A DNA stretch of 64,000 nucleotides from a virus. Lineage: Duplodnaviria; Heunggongvirae; Uroviricota; Caudoviricetes. Made by a program: the position numbers and the translations under genes. Within the stretch, counting starts at the first letter, position 1. Each line of letters begins with the position of its first letter. The stretch lies in the IMG/VR virus record IMGVR_UViG_3300031344_000001; one strand, 5' to 3'. Positions 18,372 through 28,110 of the stretch are shown here, in pieces. Under the pieces are notes generated by a model. The model was not told where the DNA came from. It worked only from the letters and a program-made list of their open reading frames with translations, and made no database searches.

Positions 18372-19139
18372 CTAAATTTCGTTGATCAACGCTTCGAGAT
18401 CGCGATCCACGTCATCATCGGCACCAAACGCCGAGGCAGCTTCCACCATCACGATCGGCTGCCGCGTGGGAGCTGCTCGCAGCTTGACGATCTCGGCGTC
18501 GATCTTCACGAGCGCCGCGATGATCGCTCGACGCTCGCGTTCTACCTCTGCACACCGAGGATCCGAGATCTTCCGACAAGCGCCGAGGTCGTTGTCCACA
18601 TGCGAAAGCGCAGTGACTAGCGCTTCGCGGCGTCCTTCCAACACGCCTAGATCAGACAGCTCTGGAGCAGCGTGATCTTCAAGCATCGCCAAATCTTGCT
18701 GCTTTAGCTGCTTGGCAGCCCGTTTGTGGTGATGGTGTTTTCGATGACAGCTGGCACAGATTACCACGCACTTTGACAGCTCCTTCAAGAGGATCGGGAG
18801 CGTCGGCGTTCGCCGGATCAGCGTCGAGATGTCCATTTTTTTATGGACTGGGTTCTTATGGTGGCAGTCGAGTGCGCTGGGATCTTTCTCGTCGCAGTGA
18901 AGGCAGCCCTGCGTGGCTTTGAACTCATTGAGCCACACCAACACCTCAGCAACACGCTGCTGTTTACGAGTGGTTCGGCGTCGACGTGCCTTTTTTTGCG
19001 CCTCGGTCGGCACGTTGTTGTCAACAAGCGCCTGACAGTCCTGGCAGTAAATCGGTGATCCAGGATTTCGCCAGTCTACTGCACGCCACCGACGGCAGCG
19101 CTGGCAGTACCGGCTGAGCCTGTTCCGCGCGGCTGACAT
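18372..19139 (-). CDS. HNH endonuclease with N-terminal Zn finger
   Basis: CQRC/CQDC, GCLHC...LDCHH...KCVVICASCHRKHH. Lower GC. TGG-TATAGT 6 nt before ATG 19139. Confidence 0.8.
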   Translation of the reverse strand: MSAARNRLSRYCQRCRRWRAVDWRNPGSPIYCQDCQALVDNNVPTEAQKKARRRRTTRKQQRVAEVLVWLNEFKATQGCLHCDEKDPSALDCHHKNPVHKKMDISTLIRRTPTLPILLKELSKCVVICASCHRKHHHHKRAAKQLKQQDLAMLEDHAAPELSDLGVLEGRREALVTALSHVDNDLGACRKISDPRCAEVERERRAIIAALVKIDAEIVKLRAAPTRQPIVMVEAASAFGADDDVDRDLEALINEI

Positions 19140-19189
19140 TTCAATACTATACCACGTGTCTGCTGGACATGCGTTTAGGCGCACCCGAG

Positions 19190-19520
19190 GGAACTAGGAA
19201 GCTATTTCAGTTATTGGTCTTTATTACTGTTCCCCCTGATCCTCCCTGATTATGAAGAGGATCTTGGAGGTACAACTTGCCGGCCCGCGAGCAGTCAACT
19301 CCTGAGCACTCTAGGATGTTGGGAGGAACGGCTGATCGGGGAGATCAGCCTCCCCCCACAACGGCTGCAACTAATGAACAACACAGCCATCACGCCTCGA
19401 TCAACACGCTGATCTCCCCACCCCCGTGCTCTCACGGCTGACGCTGCCCACGCGAGCGCAGGAAGGCTGAACAAAATTCATTGATGTCGTCGCCCCTTTC
19501 CGAGATCTGCTCCGCTTTGA
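19190..19520. other. Candidate replication origin / divergent control region
   Basis: AT-richer intergenic region. CCCTGAT/CTGATC repeats. Inverted repeat GGCTGATC-N5-GATCAGCC at 19330-19350. Strand G/C bias flips here by eye. Confidence 0.5.
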
Positions 19521-19584
19521 TCGCTGTCGTTCTGGCGTGATCGCTCTTGTTCGCTGTTGCGCGAAGTTGGTAAAGGAACAGGCC

Positions 19585-19887
19585 GTGGACGCGGACCAGG
19601 ACCTCCTCGCGGCGACCTCGCTCCTGCGTTCCGCGCTCGCCGACGCGAACGGCAAGCTCCGCGCGGACGATGCTCGTCGGTTGGCGGGCTTCGAGCGGCG
19701 GACGCGCCTCCGCGCGCACGTCATCGCCCTCGCGATGCGCGACCTCGGTTGGGATCGCGGGCGCTACCGTTTCAACGGCGTGCTCGCGCCGGCCTACGCG
19801 CGCGGGAGTTCCCTGGAGCGCGAGATCATCCTCGACGTCGAGCGCGGTGCGGACGGCCAACTCGTCGTGAAGCGGAGGGACCCATGA
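19585..19887 (+). CDS. Stand-alone paralog of the primase-helicase C-terminal (winged-helix-like) domain
   Basis: ALADANGKLRADDA...AMRDLGWDRGRYRFNGVLAPAYARG...ERE aligns with ALGNRTGKLKVSDA...AIRELGWERKRKRFDGALEYAYVKG...QRE of 53135..55387. AAGGA SD before GTG. Confidence 0.75.
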   Translation: MDADQDLLAATSLLRSALADANGKLRADDARRLAGFERRTRLRAHVIALAMRDLGWDRGRYRFNGVLAPAYARGSSLEREIILDVERGADGQLVVKRRDP

Positions 19888-20723
19888 GCGCGCGGAGTCG
19901 TACGACGAAGCGCCAGGCTGCCAAGTCGGCCCTGAGGCCCCTCGGGTCTCCCCCGGCGCTGCACAGCGACGCTTCGCCCGAGTGGGGGACGCCGATGATC
20001 CTGCGGCGCTTCTCGGCCTGCGTGCTGAGCCCGGCCGCGATGGGGATGGCGATCGACCTCGACTACGCCACCTCGGCGTACTGGCAGCAGTGGTGGGACG
20101 AGGCCGATCGTCCCCACGCCTTCCTCGACGGATCGAAGGGCCGCGACGTGCTCGTCGAGGCCGACCGCCGCGCCGCGCAACCGCGGCTGGGCTCGGGGCA
20201 CTTCAACGCGCCGGGCACTGGCGGCGGCGAGATGGTCCAGCAGTGCTGGGAGCTGTTCGAGGAGGACCACCGCAAGGAGAAGCTCGGCTCGGGCTTCTGG
20301 ATGGGGTACTCCGTCGAACAATTCGGGTCGCTCCAGAACGTCGGTGAGCGCAACCCGCTCACGACGGACGCGGACGACCTCATCACGACGATCGTGCCGA
20401 GCCGCCGCGCGCAGTACGTGCTCCACCCTGACCAGCTCGTCGCGATCACGAAGAAGAAGCAGAAGCGGCGCGAGCGCCGGAGCAAGCAGTGGCTCGTCGA
20501 GCAGCGCCTGATCGAGAGGCTGCGCACGCGCACGGACGACGCCCCTGTCGGCGCTGGGGCGCCCTCGCACCTCTCCTACCTGACCGTGCTCTGGCACCGC
20601 GAGCGCGCGGTGCGCCGGCAGCAGATGAGCGCCGCGTGGAAATTCCTCGCCGAGCAGCGTCTCGACAAGAAGTCGCTGCTCCACAAGTTCGAGGTGATCG
20701 GTCCGCTGGAGGCTCGCAAGTGA
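19884..20723 (+). CDS. Divergent phage Dam-like DNA adenine methyltransferase-fold protein
   Basis: EWGTP, IDLDYAT, HFNAPG (NPPY position), SRRAQY and APSH. Confidence 0.55.
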   Translation: MSARSRTTKRQAAKSALRPLGSPPALHSDASPEWGTPMILRRFSACVLSPAAMGMAIDLDYATSAYWQQWWDEADRPHAFLDGSKGRDVLVEADRRAAQPRLGSGHFNAPGTGGGEMVQQCWELFEEDHRKEKLGSGFWMGYSVEQFGSLQNVGERNPLTTDADDLITTIVPSRRAQYVLHPDQLVAITKKKQKRRERRSKQWLVEQRLIERLRTRTDDAPVGAGAPSHLSYLTVLWHRERAVRRQQMSAAWKFLAEQRLDKKSLLHKFEVIGPLEARK

Positions 20724-21158
20724 CCAAGCTGTTCCGCGGCTGTCGCTACGAGGTGTACGTGCACACCCCGAACAAGGGCTTGTGGTCGCGGCACTCGTCG
20801 TTCGGCGAGGCGCAGCGGTCGTTCCGTGCGGCGGTGAACAACCAGCGCGGTGACCACGCGGTGGGCACGCGCGTCGAGCTGGCCGACGTCTACGGAGGGG
20901 TGGCCCAGGCCCTCGACAGTAAGGTGGGGCGGGCGTGAGGGACTTGAGACAGGAGTTCGAGGCTAGCGTCACGTCGGTGTTCGACGTGATGGCCGCGGCT
21001 CAAGGGCGTGCGTACACGTCCCTCGAGATGGAGGAGTTTCTGGCGGAGTTGGGGGCTGCGCACGTCGCGGCTCTTGCGTTGCTCACGGGACGGTCGGATG
21101 AGCAGTCCGTGCTGGAGCGCGCCGCCCGGCGTCTCCGCGCGCGTGCGTTGGGGGAACC

Positions 21159-21518
21159 GTGAAGCGTGAGGATCGCGAGCAGCTTCGAGCTGCGGCTGCC
21201 TTGGCGCTGGCCGCGACGCGCTGTCGGGCGTTGACAGGCGCGAACGACGACGACTGGGAGATCCAGACGTCGAACTCGTTCCGGCGCATTGGCGTGCATG
21301 GCGGAGGGGACGGCGACGTGCTGTGCGCGACGACGCACCGGTACGACGGGCACCCGGACCTCCTCGCGCCGCGTGGCGTGCTCGAGTACATCGTCTCCGC
21401 GCAGCCGTGCGTCGTGATCGAGCTGCTCGACCGCCTCGACGCGGTGGAGGCCGAGCTGGAGATGATCGCCGCCGTGGAGCTGGCCAAGATCGCCGCGATC
21501 ACCAAGGAGCCCCGATGA
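21159..21518 (+). CDS. Ead/Ea22-like protein
   Basis: W...DGHPDL...YIVSAQPCVVIELLDRL pattern. Confidence 0.55.
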   Translation: MKREDREQLRAAAALALAATRCRALTGANDDDWEIQTSNSFRRIGVHGGGDGDVLCATTHRYDGHPDLLAPRGVLEYIVSAQPCVVIELLDRLDAVEAELEMIAAVELAKIAAITKEPR

Positions 21519-22078
21519 GCCTCCGTGCCGAGAGCCCGACACCAGAACGGGGATGCGATCCGAAGGATTGCACCGGTTGCGGAGGTAAGAAGGGCGCCCC
21601 GCTCGCGGCGATCGTCTACGTCGGCACCGATCGGAACGTCCCCGCGACCAAGCTCGTGCTCTGCGAGGAGTGCGGGCGAGACGCGGCGAACGCGATCGGT
21701 TTCATGTGCGTTCGCGATGGGGGCTGGTCAAAGATCGAGCCGCGGAAGCGCAAGCCGGTGAAGGAGTCCTCGCGGTGAAGCCGCAGCCTTCAAAGCGCTA
21801 TGTCGTGCACGCGCTGGGCGTCGATGTGCTGGTCACCTTCGACGCGGACAAAGCAGGGCGATCGATGGTGAGTCCGACGGCGCAGACGCTACGGTGCGTC
21901 CGTGACGCGCGGGCTGCCGGTCGAGCTTGCGTCGCGAAAGCGCAAGCTCGTGAAGGGGGCGCTGTGAAGCGGCGGAAGCGGAAGTCGAAGTACCCCGGGC
22001 AGTACATCGTGCACGTGCATGGGACTACCGTGGCAGTTACCGTGCTTGTCCGGTTAACACCCAAGAAGTGAACAACTA

Positions 22079-22534
22079 ATGAAGATCGTAAACCTCACCC
22101 CGCACGCAATCACGATTCCTGAGACAGCCCACCCGGAACAGGGCGCTTGGACATTGCCGCCGTCTGGTACGGTAGCGCGCGCGAACGAACTTGCCGTCTT
22201 CGCCGGATGGATCGACGACATTCCTACGTCGCGAATCAGCTATGGCTCTGTTCAGGACTTGCCCGATCCAGAGTGGACCGTACTTCCAAACCCTTGCGAT
22301 AAACCTGGCGCGGTCCCTGAGGGAAGTCGGTTTTGTCTCGCGTGCGGAGCGACGGACGGCCATGTTCCAGGCTCGCCGCGAGTGCCTGCCGCATATTACG
22401 TCGTATCAACGATCGCGGCAGAAGCGGCACGTCGTGCCGGCCGAACAACGGAGGATCTGCTCGTGCCTGGGCAGCAACTTCGGGATGGCGCTGGGCGCAT
22501 CATCGGATGCCGATCGCTTGCGAGGGTTGGGTGA
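22079..22534 (+). CDS. Conserved phage hypothetical protein
   Basis: MKIVNLTPHAI...PPSGTVAR...DLLVPG...RDGAGRIIGC family pattern. Confidence 0.7.
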   Translation: MKIVNLTPHAITIPETAHPEQGAWTLPPSGTVARANELAVFAGWIDDIPTSRISYGSVQDLPDPEWTVLPNPCDKPGAVPEGSRFCLACGATDGHVPGSPRVPAAYYVVSTIAAEAARRAGRTTEDLLVPGQQLRDGAGRIIGCRSLARVG

Positions 22535-22547
22535 CAACCGGACAAGC

Positions 22548-22748
22548 ATGGCAGTTACCTTCAACGCAAACGAAGAGGCCCGTGTGAAGGTCAAGGCGTC
22601 GGCCCTCGGGCTCACCGTCGAGGACCTCGTCGCGAAGGCAGCTCGCGACAAGGCCAACCGCGTGGGTTGGAGTTGTCAGGATGAGCTGCACGCCTTGATC
22701 TCGCGGGCAGTCTCCGCGGTGGGCGCGCCGAAGCGGAGTGGACGGTGA
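22548..22748 (+). CDS. Small ribbon-helix-helix-like protein
   Basis: VTFNANEEARVKVKASALGLTVEDLV. GTGA-coupled to the next gene. Confidence 0.5.
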   Translation: MAVTFNANEEARVKVKASALGLTVEDLVAKAARDKANRVGWSCQDELHALISRAVSAVGAPKRSGR

Positions 22749-24631
22749 AGCTGCGCGTCTCTGACGATCTCTCCCTCGCCGCCGACTTCGTGACGGCGAC
22801 TGCGGGCATCTTCGCGACGAAGGGGCAGGGCAAGTCGCACCTCGCCCAGGTGATCGCCGAGGAGATGCTGGAGAGCGGCCAGGTCATCGTCGCGATCGAT
22901 CCGACCGACGTGTGGAGCGGTTTGCGATCGAGCGCGGACGGCAAGCGCGACGGTTACCCGATCCTGGTCGTCGGTGGTGACCACGGTGACTTGAAGCTCG
23001 ACCCGGAGCCCGGGGCGGGAACGCGCCTCGCCGAGGCGATCGTCGCCGAGCGCTTCTCGTGCGTGGTCTGCACGGACGGTGTCGACGACACCCGCGCGAT
23101 CCGTTTCGCGCGCGAGGTCCTGGAGACGATCTACAAGAAGAACCGCGAGCCGATCCACGTGTTCGTGGACGAGGCCGACTGCTTCGCGCCGCAGCAGCCC
23201 AAGGAGGAGGAGGACTACCGCTGCATTCGCGCGATGGCGCACGTCGTGCGGCGCGGGCGCAAGAAGGGTATCGGCTCGACGCTCATCACGCAGCGCCCCT
23301 CCGAGCTCAACGCGAGCGTGCGCAGCCAGGTGGAGATGCTGTTCGTGCTCGGCATGCTCCACGACCTCGACATCGGCGCGGTCGAGAAGTGGTTGCGCTT
23401 GCGCAAGAAGAAGCGAGGCAACGAGGCGGCCTTCGCGCGCCAGGAGGAGATGATCGACTCGCTCGACTCGCTCCCGCGCGGCGACGCCTGGGTGTGGGCT
23501 CCGCGCCTCAAGATCCACCAGCGTTTCCGCGCGCGCGTGAAGCGCACGTTTGACTCGGGAGCGACGCCCAAGCCTGGCCAGAAGGTGCGCGCGGCCAAGC
23601 GCCTCGCGCCGGTGGACATCCAGCGTCTCGGGTCGGCGATCACCGAGGCAGCCAAACGCCAGAAGGAGAACGACCCGGCCGAGCTGAAGCGCCAGGTCAT
23701 CGCGCTCCGCAAGGAGGTGTCACGCCTCGGCGAGGTGCATGCGCTCTCTGCGACGAGCACCGCGGCCCAGAAGGTCAAGGAGAAGATCGTCGTCAAGGAG
23801 GTCGAGGTCGTGAAGGCCGCGGACCTTCGGCGGCTGGAGGACCTCGTGAAGAAGATCGACAAGCTCGTTCTGCGCGTCACCGGCACCAACGCGGAGTTGG
23901 AGCTGCACCTCACGGGGCTGCGGGCGGAGGCGGGCAAGCTCAAGGAGGTCGCGGCACGCGTGACGGCGTTCCGCGCCAAGGGCGGTGACGCGGGCAAGCT
24001 CGTCGCTGACGTGGTAGCCCTTGCCCCGGACGAGCCTTCCGTGCCGAAGCCTCCGCGGCCGGTCCTGCCGTCCGTGAACGTGAGCGTGACCCCGCGCTCG
24101 ACGAAGAAGTCTGTCCCGACGACGAACGTTGCGCATGCCGTCGACCTCAAGCCCGCGCACCTGCGTCTCCTGTCCGCGATCGCGTGGTGGGAGAGCATCG
24201 GCGTTCCCGCGCCCGATCTCGGGGGCGTGGCGTTCGTGGCGAAGACCTCGACGAAGTCGTCGGCGTTCGACAACAACCGGTCGCGCCTTCGCGCGGGCGG
24301 CTACATCGACTATTCGTCGGGCGGGCGCGTGCAGCTGACCGAGGCTGGTCGTGCGCTCGCGCCGGTGCCGGACCTACCGCCCACGAACGCGGCGCTGCAC
24401 GACGCGATCCTCGGGGAGGTCACGCCCGCGCACGGGCGCATGCTGCGCGTTCTCATCGCAGCGTACCCGGATGAGATGGCGCTGGAGGCGTTTGCCAAGG
24501 GTGCGGGTACCAGCGTGACGTCGAGCGCGTTCGACAACAACCGGTCGTGGCTGCGCGCTCGCGGGCTCGCCGAGTACCCGCGCACGGGGTACGTGCGCGC
24601 GACGCGGCTCCTGTTCCCGGAGGGGTCATGA
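22745..24631 (+). CDS. HerA/DUF87-like P-loop ATPase with coiled coil and two C-terminal winged-helix repeats
   Basis: ATKGQGKSH, AIDPT, FVDEAD, RRGRKKG and ITQRPS. Repeat SSAFDNNRSxLRAxG x2. Confidence 0.8.
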   Translation: MKLRVSDDLSLAADFVTATAGIFATKGQGKSHLAQVIAEEMLESGQVIVAIDPTDVWSGLRSSADGKRDGYPILVVGGDHGDLKLDPEPGAGTRLAEAIVAERFSCVVCTDGVDDTRAIRFAREVLETIYKKNREPIHVFVDEADCFAPQQPKEEEDYRCIRAMAHVVRRGRKKGIGSTLITQRPSELNASVRSQVEMLFVLGMLHDLDIGAVEKWLRLRKKKRGNEAAFARQEEMIDSLDSLPRGDAWVWAPRLKIHQRFRARVKRTFDSGATPKPGQKVRAAKRLAPVDIQRLGSAITEAAKRQKENDPAELKRQVIALRKEVSRLGEVHALSATSTAAQKVKEKIVVKEVEVVKAADLRRLEDLVKKIDKLVLRVTGTNAELELHLTGLRAEAGKLKEVAARVTAFRAKGGDAGKLVADVVALAPDEPSVPKPPRPVLPSVNVSVTPRSTKKSVPTTNVAHAVDLKPAHLRLLSAIAWWESIGVPAPDLGGVAFVAKTSTKSSAFDNNRSRLRAGGYIDYSSGGRVQLTEAGRALAPVPDLPPTNAALHDAILGEVTPAHGRMLRVLIAAYPDEMALEAFAKGAGTSVTSSAFDNNRSWLRARGLAEYPRTGYVRATRLLFPEGS

Positions 24632-25592
24632 GCGTCGTCGAGCCTCCCCTGCGTTACGTGCGGCTGCCGGGCGGCAGGGTGACGGTCGTGTGCGCGTGTG
24701 GCTGGGAGGACCCTCTCGGGCCGGTCTGGCCGAGCGCGTTCGACCCGCTCGAAGCCCTCGTCGCCGCGCGCGCGTCGCACCCGCGCTGTGGCGAGCGCTC
24801 TGCTGAGGAGGTACCGTGAAGGCTCACGTCGAAAGCGCTCTTGCACAGTGCGGTCGTGATCGCGTCGGCTATTTCGAGGGACGGGACGGTGTCTCGATCG
24901 CGATTCGGTACGACATGCCGAGCGGGTGCGCGTCGCCGGACGGGATCGAGAAGTTCCTCGTGCGCAAGGCCCTGACGATCGACGAGGCGGGGCATGCGGC
25001 GGCGACCGCGTTCGCGGCGCACCTGCGAGCCCGCGCTCGTGAGACGCTCGAGTGGGCCGAGCGGATCGAGCGGTCTCTTTCTCTCGGAGAAGGGCTGCCA
25101 TGAGCCTCGCTGCCGAGGATGGAGGCAAGGCGTGCGCGCGTGCTCTGCTGCGCGAGGTCGCTCTCGGCGTGCCCTGGGGGTCGGCGCTGTGATCGACGAG
25201 ATCAAGCTGCTCGACGCTCGCTCGCCGACGCGGGGGATGCGGGCCACGATCTTCACGGAGGGATGGCTCGCCAAGCTGATCGTCAGCGCCCCCGCCCAGC
25301 TCGATGCAATGATCGCCGGCCGGCGATCTGCCATCGACGAAGCGCAGCGGATCCTCGTCGCGCTCAAGACCGTTCGACCCAAGGAAGGAACGCCATGAAG
25401 ATCTATGCCATCGAGGTCGAGACCGACCTCGGCCGTCGTGTCGTGAAGCTCTCCGCGCCGATGGACGTCGCGCCCGTGGGAGACATGCCCCCGCAGTTTC
25501 GATCGCTCACCGACGTTCTCTGGGGAGTCGTCTGCGAAGTCGCTGCAAAGGGGCCGGAGCTCGCCGCCGCGGCGCCCAAGGCGGAGGCGTAG

Positions 25593-26204
25593 ATGTCGCA
25601 GCCGGGTATTCAACAAGGCGGCGAGGCGTTGCTGTGGTGGAAGGTTGCGCTGCACCTCGACGAGGCGCAGCTCGCGCTCGCCAACGTGACGGCGCACAAC
25701 CTCGACGACCCGCGCTTGGCGCTCGCGCTCCAGGAGCGGCTTCGCGAGGGGCAGGCGATCCTCCTCGAGATCTTCCGCGCGAAGGGATTGCTGCCGACGG
25801 AGCCGGCCGCGACGGAGCCGGCCGCGACGGAGCCGCTCGTGGTCCTTCCATCACCGAAGCCGACGGTGGGGGCTACTCCGTCTCCGGAGGTGCCGACCGC
25901 CGTGATGCCGGGGCCAGAAGAGCCGTCAGCGCGCCTGCTCGTGGGGGGTTCGCCGTTCGCCGCGGGAGGTCCCCCGGGCGGCGCGGGCGCTGCGCTGCCG
26001 TGGGCTCCACAGTTCCGGCAGGGAGCGGGGCCGCAGGTTCCCCCGCCTCCGCCGTGGATTTCGCAGGTGCCGCCTGTTCCCCAGGTGCCGCCCCCCGCGC
26101 CTCCTCCGTCGGTCGAGTCGACCATTGCTGCGTCGACGCTCGAGGGGCTTCCACCCCTGCCTGATGTGCCGCCGTCGGCGAAGGCTCCGCAGGCTAAGGC
26201 ATGA
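25593..26204 (+). CDS. Pro-rich hypothetical protein
   Basis: GGAGG SD. Helical N-terminus plus PAATE/PPP tail. Confidence 0.55.
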   Translation: MSQPGIQQGGEALLWWKVALHLDEAQLALANVTAHNLDDPRLALALQERLREGQAILLEIFRAKGLLPTEPAATEPAATEPLVVLPSPKPTVGATPSPEVPTAVMPGPEEPSARLLVGGSPFAAGGPPGGAGAALPWAPQFRQGAGPQVPPPPPWISQVPPVPQVPPPAPPPSVESTIAASTLEGLPPLPDVPPSAKAPQAKA

Positions 26205-26596
26205 GGAAACGTGCCGTTCCCCGCGTCGACGCGCGGGACTTCGCGGAGGCGATCGTCACTCTCGCGGCTACCTGCGTGGTCGGTTTCCCGTGCGATCGGC
26301 ACGGGGGCGCCGTGCACGGGCAGGAGGCCGAGGAGCTGCGCGCGGGCGTCGAGCAGATCCTCGGCAACACGGAGGACGTGTCTGCGGAGTACGCGGAGGA
26401 CGTCCTGCGCAAGATGCGGAAGGCGCTGACCTTCCTGCTCGACCACGTCGACGCCCGTGACAGCCTCGCGTTCCGCGAGGCGACCGATCCTCCCGACGAC
26501 GGCGCCGCGACGGCGCCGCCACCCGCGTAATTTTTACGGCACTGTGACGGCACTCGCCGTCCGAGGCCGCGTAACAACCAGGTAAGGAGCAACTCC

Positions 26597-26842
26597 ATGA
26601 CACAGGCACAGGCAGCGACCGGCAGCACCACCAACGGCACCACCAACGGCAACGGCAACGGCAACGGCAGCCCCAACGGCAGCCCCAACGGCAACGCCGG
26701 CAGGCAGGCGAAGGTCCTGACGGCGATCGACGCGATCACGAAGATCACCAAGATCCTCGAGCCGCTGTCGCTGACGGATCGAAAGCGCGTGCTTGCGTTC
26801 GTCAACGAGGAGCACAGCGAGAGCACCGCAGGTAACGCGTAA
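26597..26842 (+). CDS. Small protein with Asn-Gly repeat and AIxAITKITKILEPLS...RKRVLAFVN module
   Basis: TAAGGAG SD. The module is duplicated at the end of 55415..56212. Confidence 0.75.
   Translation: MTQAQAATGSTTNGTTNGNGNGNGSPNGSPNGNAGRQAKVLTAIDAITKITKILEPLSLTDRKRVLAFVNEEHSESTAGNA
26722..26807 (+). repeat. 86-bp dispersed repeat, copy 1 (copy 2 at 56122..56207)
   Basis: Direct alignment shows 5 mismatches. Confidence 0.9.
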
Positions 26843-26862
26843 GGCGCCGTCGAGGAGTTCGC

Positions 26863-28110
26863 GTGCGGGTTATCTTCCTGGACATCGACGGCGTGCTCAA
26901 CAGCGAGAGCTATCTGCTCAAGCTGGAGGCGAAGCACCACCAACTCGGGCACACCGCACCCGCGGGGCCCGAGAGCGCGTCGTCGTGCGACTGCTTCAAG
27001 CTCTACCAGCAGATCGACCCGGAGGCGATCGCACGCCTGAACCGCCTCGTGGCGGTGACCGACGCGCGGATCGTGGTCAGCAGCACCTGGCGCAAGCTCT
27101 TCGACCCGCCCGAGCTGCTCGACCTACTCCTCGGGCATGGCCTGGTCGCCGAGATCATCGGCGAGACCCCGGACGGGCACGCCGAGCCCGAGATGCTGGA
27201 CGTGTATGGGCCGCTCGAGCGGATCTATCGTGGGTACGAGATCGACTTCTGGCTGCGCAAGCACCCCGAGGTCGACCGGTTCGTGATCCTCGACGACGGG
27301 TCCGACATGGAGATGCACACGAAGCGTCTCGTGCAGACCGACAGCGAGGAGGGGCTGCTTGACGAGCACGTCGAGTTGGCGATCCGCGTGCTGGCGTGGG
27401 ACGGCGAGACTTCGCCGTCCCCGCTGGAGGCGATGCAGGACGAGTTGGAAGGCCCGAAGGCGATCACGAGCACGCGGTCGAACGCGAGCGTGGACGCACG
27501 GCGGGACTTCGACGGTTTCGCCGTCGACGAGGAGTTGTCGCGGCTCCGCTGCGCGCTGCTGGCCGGTCGGTGGCGCGTTGTGGCCGAGTTGGCGGCGAAC
27601 CTCGACGAGCACCTCTGCCGCGGCGGGGCGCTCCCCGTGGCGTGGCTCGGCCCCGCATGCATGCAGGCATCGGGCGACCTGGAGTCGCGCCTCCGGCTCT
27701 CGGTCGAGGCTGCTGCGCGGATGTCGCAGGAACAGCGGCAGGACGCGGTGACCGGATACGTCGCGGTCACGCCGCCGCCGGTCGCGCCTCCGGAGTCGTC
27801 CTGGGGTTTGCACTGCAATGAGAAGGGCTGCGTGGAGATGCTCACGCTCTCCTGCACGATGGCGACGGCGATGACAGACGAGGAGGCTTACGAGCAGCTG
27901 TGCCCCGCGCACGCCACGGCCGCGGTGTTCCTTGGATGGCGCACCTACCGTTGCGTGTGGTGGTGCCCGACGCATGTCGTCGCTAAGAACCTCGCGTGTG
28001 CGCGTTGCATGTCCGCGTGCCCGTCGTGCTCGTGCCTCGGTGGTCCGCGCGGTGACGCCGTCGATGGGATCGTCGTCGCGGTCGAGACCACCGAAGGAGA
28101 AACACCGTGA
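26863..28110 (+). CDS. HAD-superfamily (Swiss-army-knife RNA-repair type) phosphatase with C-terminal Cys-rich extension
   Basis: IFLDIDGVLN, IVVSSTWR, RGYEI..WL and FVILDD. Confidence 0.8.
   Translation: MRVIFLDIDGVLNSESYLLKLEAKHHQLGHTAPAGPESASSCDCFKLYQQIDPEAIARLNRLVAVTDARIVVSSTWRKLFDPPELLDLLLGHGLVAEIIGETPDGHAEPEMLDVYGPLERIYRGYEIDFWLRKHPEVDRFVILDDGSDMEMHTKRLVQTDSEEGLLDEHVELAIRVLAWDGETSPSPLEAMQDELEGPKAITSTRSNASVDARRDFDGFAVDEELSRLRCALLAGRWRVVAELAANLDEHLCRGGALPVAWLGPACMQASGDLESRLRLSVEAAARMSQEQRQDAVTGYVAVTPPPVAPPESSWGLHCNEKGCVEMLTLSCTMATAMTDEEAYEQLCPAHATAAVFLGWRTYRCVWWCPTHVVAKNLACARCMSACPSCSCLGGPRGDAVDGIVVAVETTEGETP

Noticed and set aside
18592-18600. Single TTGTCCACA DnaA-like box
   Set aside because: It is isolated and lies inside a coding sequence, so it is likely chance.
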